Positions 29,994-32,281 of a DNA stretch of 32,281 nucleotides are shown here, piece by piece. The stretch lies in assembly GCA_033442325.1 (NCBI GenBank), contig JAWQFM010000004.1:969494-1001774 (forward strand), in the 5' to 3' direction. The number at the start of each line of letters is the position of its first letter. The stretch's first letter is position 1. The notes under the pieces are model-generated. The model was not told the DNA's origin. It made no database searches and saw only the letters and a program-made list of their open reading frames with translations. The translations under genes and the position numbers were made by a program. This stretch comes from Salpingoeca rosetta (Eukaryota; Protista; Choanoflagellata).

Positions 29994-32281
29994 GGTCACG
30001 CGGTCCCTCACCACGCGCAGCTGCTGCCGGTGCCGCCGTCGCGCGGCTGCCACGTCGCCTTCGCCCCGGGCTTCGCCCTCCTGCACCGCTACTTCCAGGA
30101 GGTCGGCATCAGCACGGATGTCATTGGCGTTCCTGAGAAGCATGCGCAGCTCCTCGATGGCGTCATGCGCGATGGACACGGTCCCAGACGCCGTCCACAG
30201 CGTGAATGGCACGCGGACGCCTGGGTCAATGGACACAACACCGCCACGTCTCTCGCGCAGGAGAGCGTTGCGCTCCTTCATGCGCAGAAGTCGCCGCCGC
30301 TTTCGCAGCCGCCGCCGCCAGTCCAGGTGCGCCGCATGTCGCTCTCGTGCTGCCTGAAACTCTGCCTCTGCTTCCTGTGTCTGCTTGTCTATCGCCTTGG
30401 CCCGTCTCAGCCTCACCCACCGCCTGCGCGCCTCCCTCGCCTCCGCTTGCAACCGCCGTGCCACCTCGCCCATCTTCCGCTCCCTCACACGTGCCTTCTC
30501 CTCCAACGCCTGCATGGCCATGTCCCCGCCGCCATGTTCCTCGCACTTTGCACGTGCCTCTTCCTCCTCCTCCACCTCTTGCAGGCCGTCGTCGCACCCT
30601 GCCAGCACAGGTCTCTCAACCTGGAGCAAGCTTTGCCCGAGCGTTCCCACGTCATCAGGTGCTCCTCGGGTGAAGTTGGAGGCCACACATATGTGGTACC
30701 TCCCCGACGCATCCAATGTGAACCTTGCCTGACCGCGAAAGTCTTTCGCAGCGGGTAGCGGCTCTGCTACACGGAGCTTGTCCACGCACATCACCGCAAA
30801 CATGCCCCTCGTTTGCTTGAGATTCACGGCATCCACGGGGATGGTGTTGCGCGCTGCCTGCCTACTCATGTGGAACTTGAATGTGTCGTTCTCCTCCTGC
30901 CGCTGCTGTTGTGTCTTCAGGGCCGCGTGCTCCTCTGCGAGCGCCCTCCTGCTTGGCCGCGTGCTCCTCTGCGAGCGCCTCCTGCTTGGCCGCGTGCTCC
31001 CTCTGCGAGCGCCTCCTGCTTGGCTGCGTGCTCCTCTGCGAGCGCCTCCTGCTTGGCCGCGTGCTCCTCTGCGAGCGCCTCCTGCTTGGCCGCGTGCTCC
31101 TCTGCGAGCGCCTCCTGCTTGGCCGCGTGCTCCTCTGCGAGCGCCTCCTGCTTGGTCGCGTGCTCCTCTGCGAGCGCCTCCTGCTTGGCTGCGTGCTCCT
31201 CTGCGAGCGCCTCCTGCTTGGCCGCGTGCTCCTCTGCGAGCGCCTCCTTCCGGCTCTTGGCAGCCCTTCTGCAGGCCTGAAACTCCTGTAGCTCATTCAG
31301 AAGCATTGTTTTCAGGGCCTGCAGCGCGTGCAGGAAGTGGCGGTGCTTCGTGTCAGCCACCACCTGCTTGTCCTTCAGGCTGCGCACGGCCCTGTCATGC
31401 TCCACTGGATCGAGGAGGTCGTCCACCACCTCCTGTACCTCGTCTCGCTCGCGCACCGCTGCCTGTAACTCATCATTCAACTTGCGCAGCTGTAGCAACG
31501 ACGCCCTGGCCTTTGCGAGGTCTGGCAGTGGTGGTAGTGGTGGCAGTGGTGGCAGTGGTGGTGAGCTTTGTGTCTGCCCCGACTGGGGTGCCTTTTGCTT
31601 CTGTGTCTGCTTATGCTTCTGCTTCTGCTTCTGCTGTTGTGGCTGTGGTTTGCTCTGTGACGTCTGGCGACAGCTGCGCTTGTCATGGCCCGATTGGCGA
31701 CACACAGTGCACCTGCGCGGCTTGCTCTTTGCCTTCTTTGTCGCAGGGCCAGGGGCATCGTCACTTGGCGCGTCGTCGTCCTGGTGGTCGCCATCCAATT
31801 CGTCATCGCCAAGGTCACCGGCGCCATCGACCTGCGGCAGCTGCAAGGGCGGAAGCATCTTTGCTTTCTTCGACGGCTGCTGCTGGTGTTGTGTGCAGGC
31901 TGTGGTTGAGCCCGTTGGACTGGTATCCTGGCCGCAATCGCCCGAGCACGCCTTGTCGTCCCCCTGGCTTTGCAACCGCAGCAGCAACAACACTGCGGGA
32001 GATACCGGTGAGGAGCCCGGTCTCTTGCTTTGCTTCTTGGGTGGTGGTTGCTTTGACGCTGCGTGTGCCTGGCGATGCGCTGACGCCGCAGGCTGGCGCG
32101 TGCTTGGCTTCTTGGATGGTGGCGGTGGTGGTGGTTGCTTTGGCACTGCGTGTGCCTGTCGATGCGCTGACGACGCAGGCTGGTGCGTGCTTGGCTTCTT
32201 GGATGGTGGTGGTGGTGGTGGTGGCTGCAGAAGTTGCTCAAACTCCTCTTTTAAGTGCTGCTGACGCTGTGCTGCCTCGTC
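29994..32281 (-). CDS. Fanzor2 / IS607-TnpB-like RNA-guided endonuclease (partial: 5' end beyond window, 3' end in gap; two +1 C insertions at ~30945 and ~31000)
   Basis: RuvC-I motif GGVVSIDPGVRVPFTLW (catalytic Asp codon 30225-30227). Upstream WED-like segments FKFHMSRQAARNTIPVD and LRVAEPLP...ARFTLDASGRYHICVA. Downstream helix ...RRRHRQQLRVVRDRVT. The frame is open from 32281, and removing two extra C's joins it to the RuvC frame. Confidence 0.8.
30921..31247 (-). repeat. ~10 tandem 33-bp coding repeats (EALAEEHAAKQ)
   Basis: The + strand unit ctcctctgcgagcgcctcctgcttggccgcgtg repeats contiguously with no spacers. Confidence 0.95.
32043..32226 (-). repeat. 87-bp (29-aa) tandem duplication, QPPPPPPSKKPSTxQPAxSAHRQAHAxxK
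   Basis: gatgcgctgacg recurs at 32074 and 32161 (period 87). Confidence 0.85.

Larger units (their letters stand above)
29129..32281 (-). mobile_element. putative Fanzor-carrying (IS607-derived) element, left end not in window
   Basis: Intronless 2.3-kb sequenced stretch free of (CA)n repeats, carrying a TnpB-like ORF and a structured 3' end. No transposase or serine recombinase is visible in the window. Confidence 0.5.

Noticed and set aside
30921-31247. 33-bp repeat array next to a Cas12-related nuclease read as a CRISPR-like array
   Set aside because: The units are contiguous with no spacers, the length is a multiple of 3, and they translate in frame within the ORF.
31670-31711. Zinc knuckle as evidence of a retrotransposon gag
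   Set aside because: No protease, RT, integrase or LTR is visible. The downstream frame is TnpB-like.

Overview
Eukaryotic, gene-dense, intron-rich window with abundant (CA)n/(GT)n microsatellites in introns. The style strongly resembles the choanoflagellate Salpingoeca rosetta, but that is an inference. Spliced models read by eye give, left to right: M17 leucyl aminopeptidase (-), P4HTM-like prolyl 4-hydroxylase (+), PIN1 (-), SAT-type GNAT acetyltransferase (+), folate-receptor-family GPI protein (-), intronless hotdog thioesterase (+), LRR receptor TKL kinase with an internal frameshift (+), MIT-domain protein (-), sepiapterin reductase-like SDR (+) and TSR3 (-). The most notable feature is the right-hand 3.2 kb: an intronless minus-strand ORF encoding an unusually large Fanzor2/IS607-TnpB-like RNA-guided nuclease. 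It has a RuvC-I motif (VVSIDPGVR), WED-like strands, an extra CCHC zinc knuckle, 11-aa coiled-coil repeats and a ~140-aa insert. After a 754-N gap it is followed by a structured non-coding segment that is a candidate omega-RNA / element end. Its N-terminus lies outside the window, and the expected RuvC-II/III region falls in the gap.
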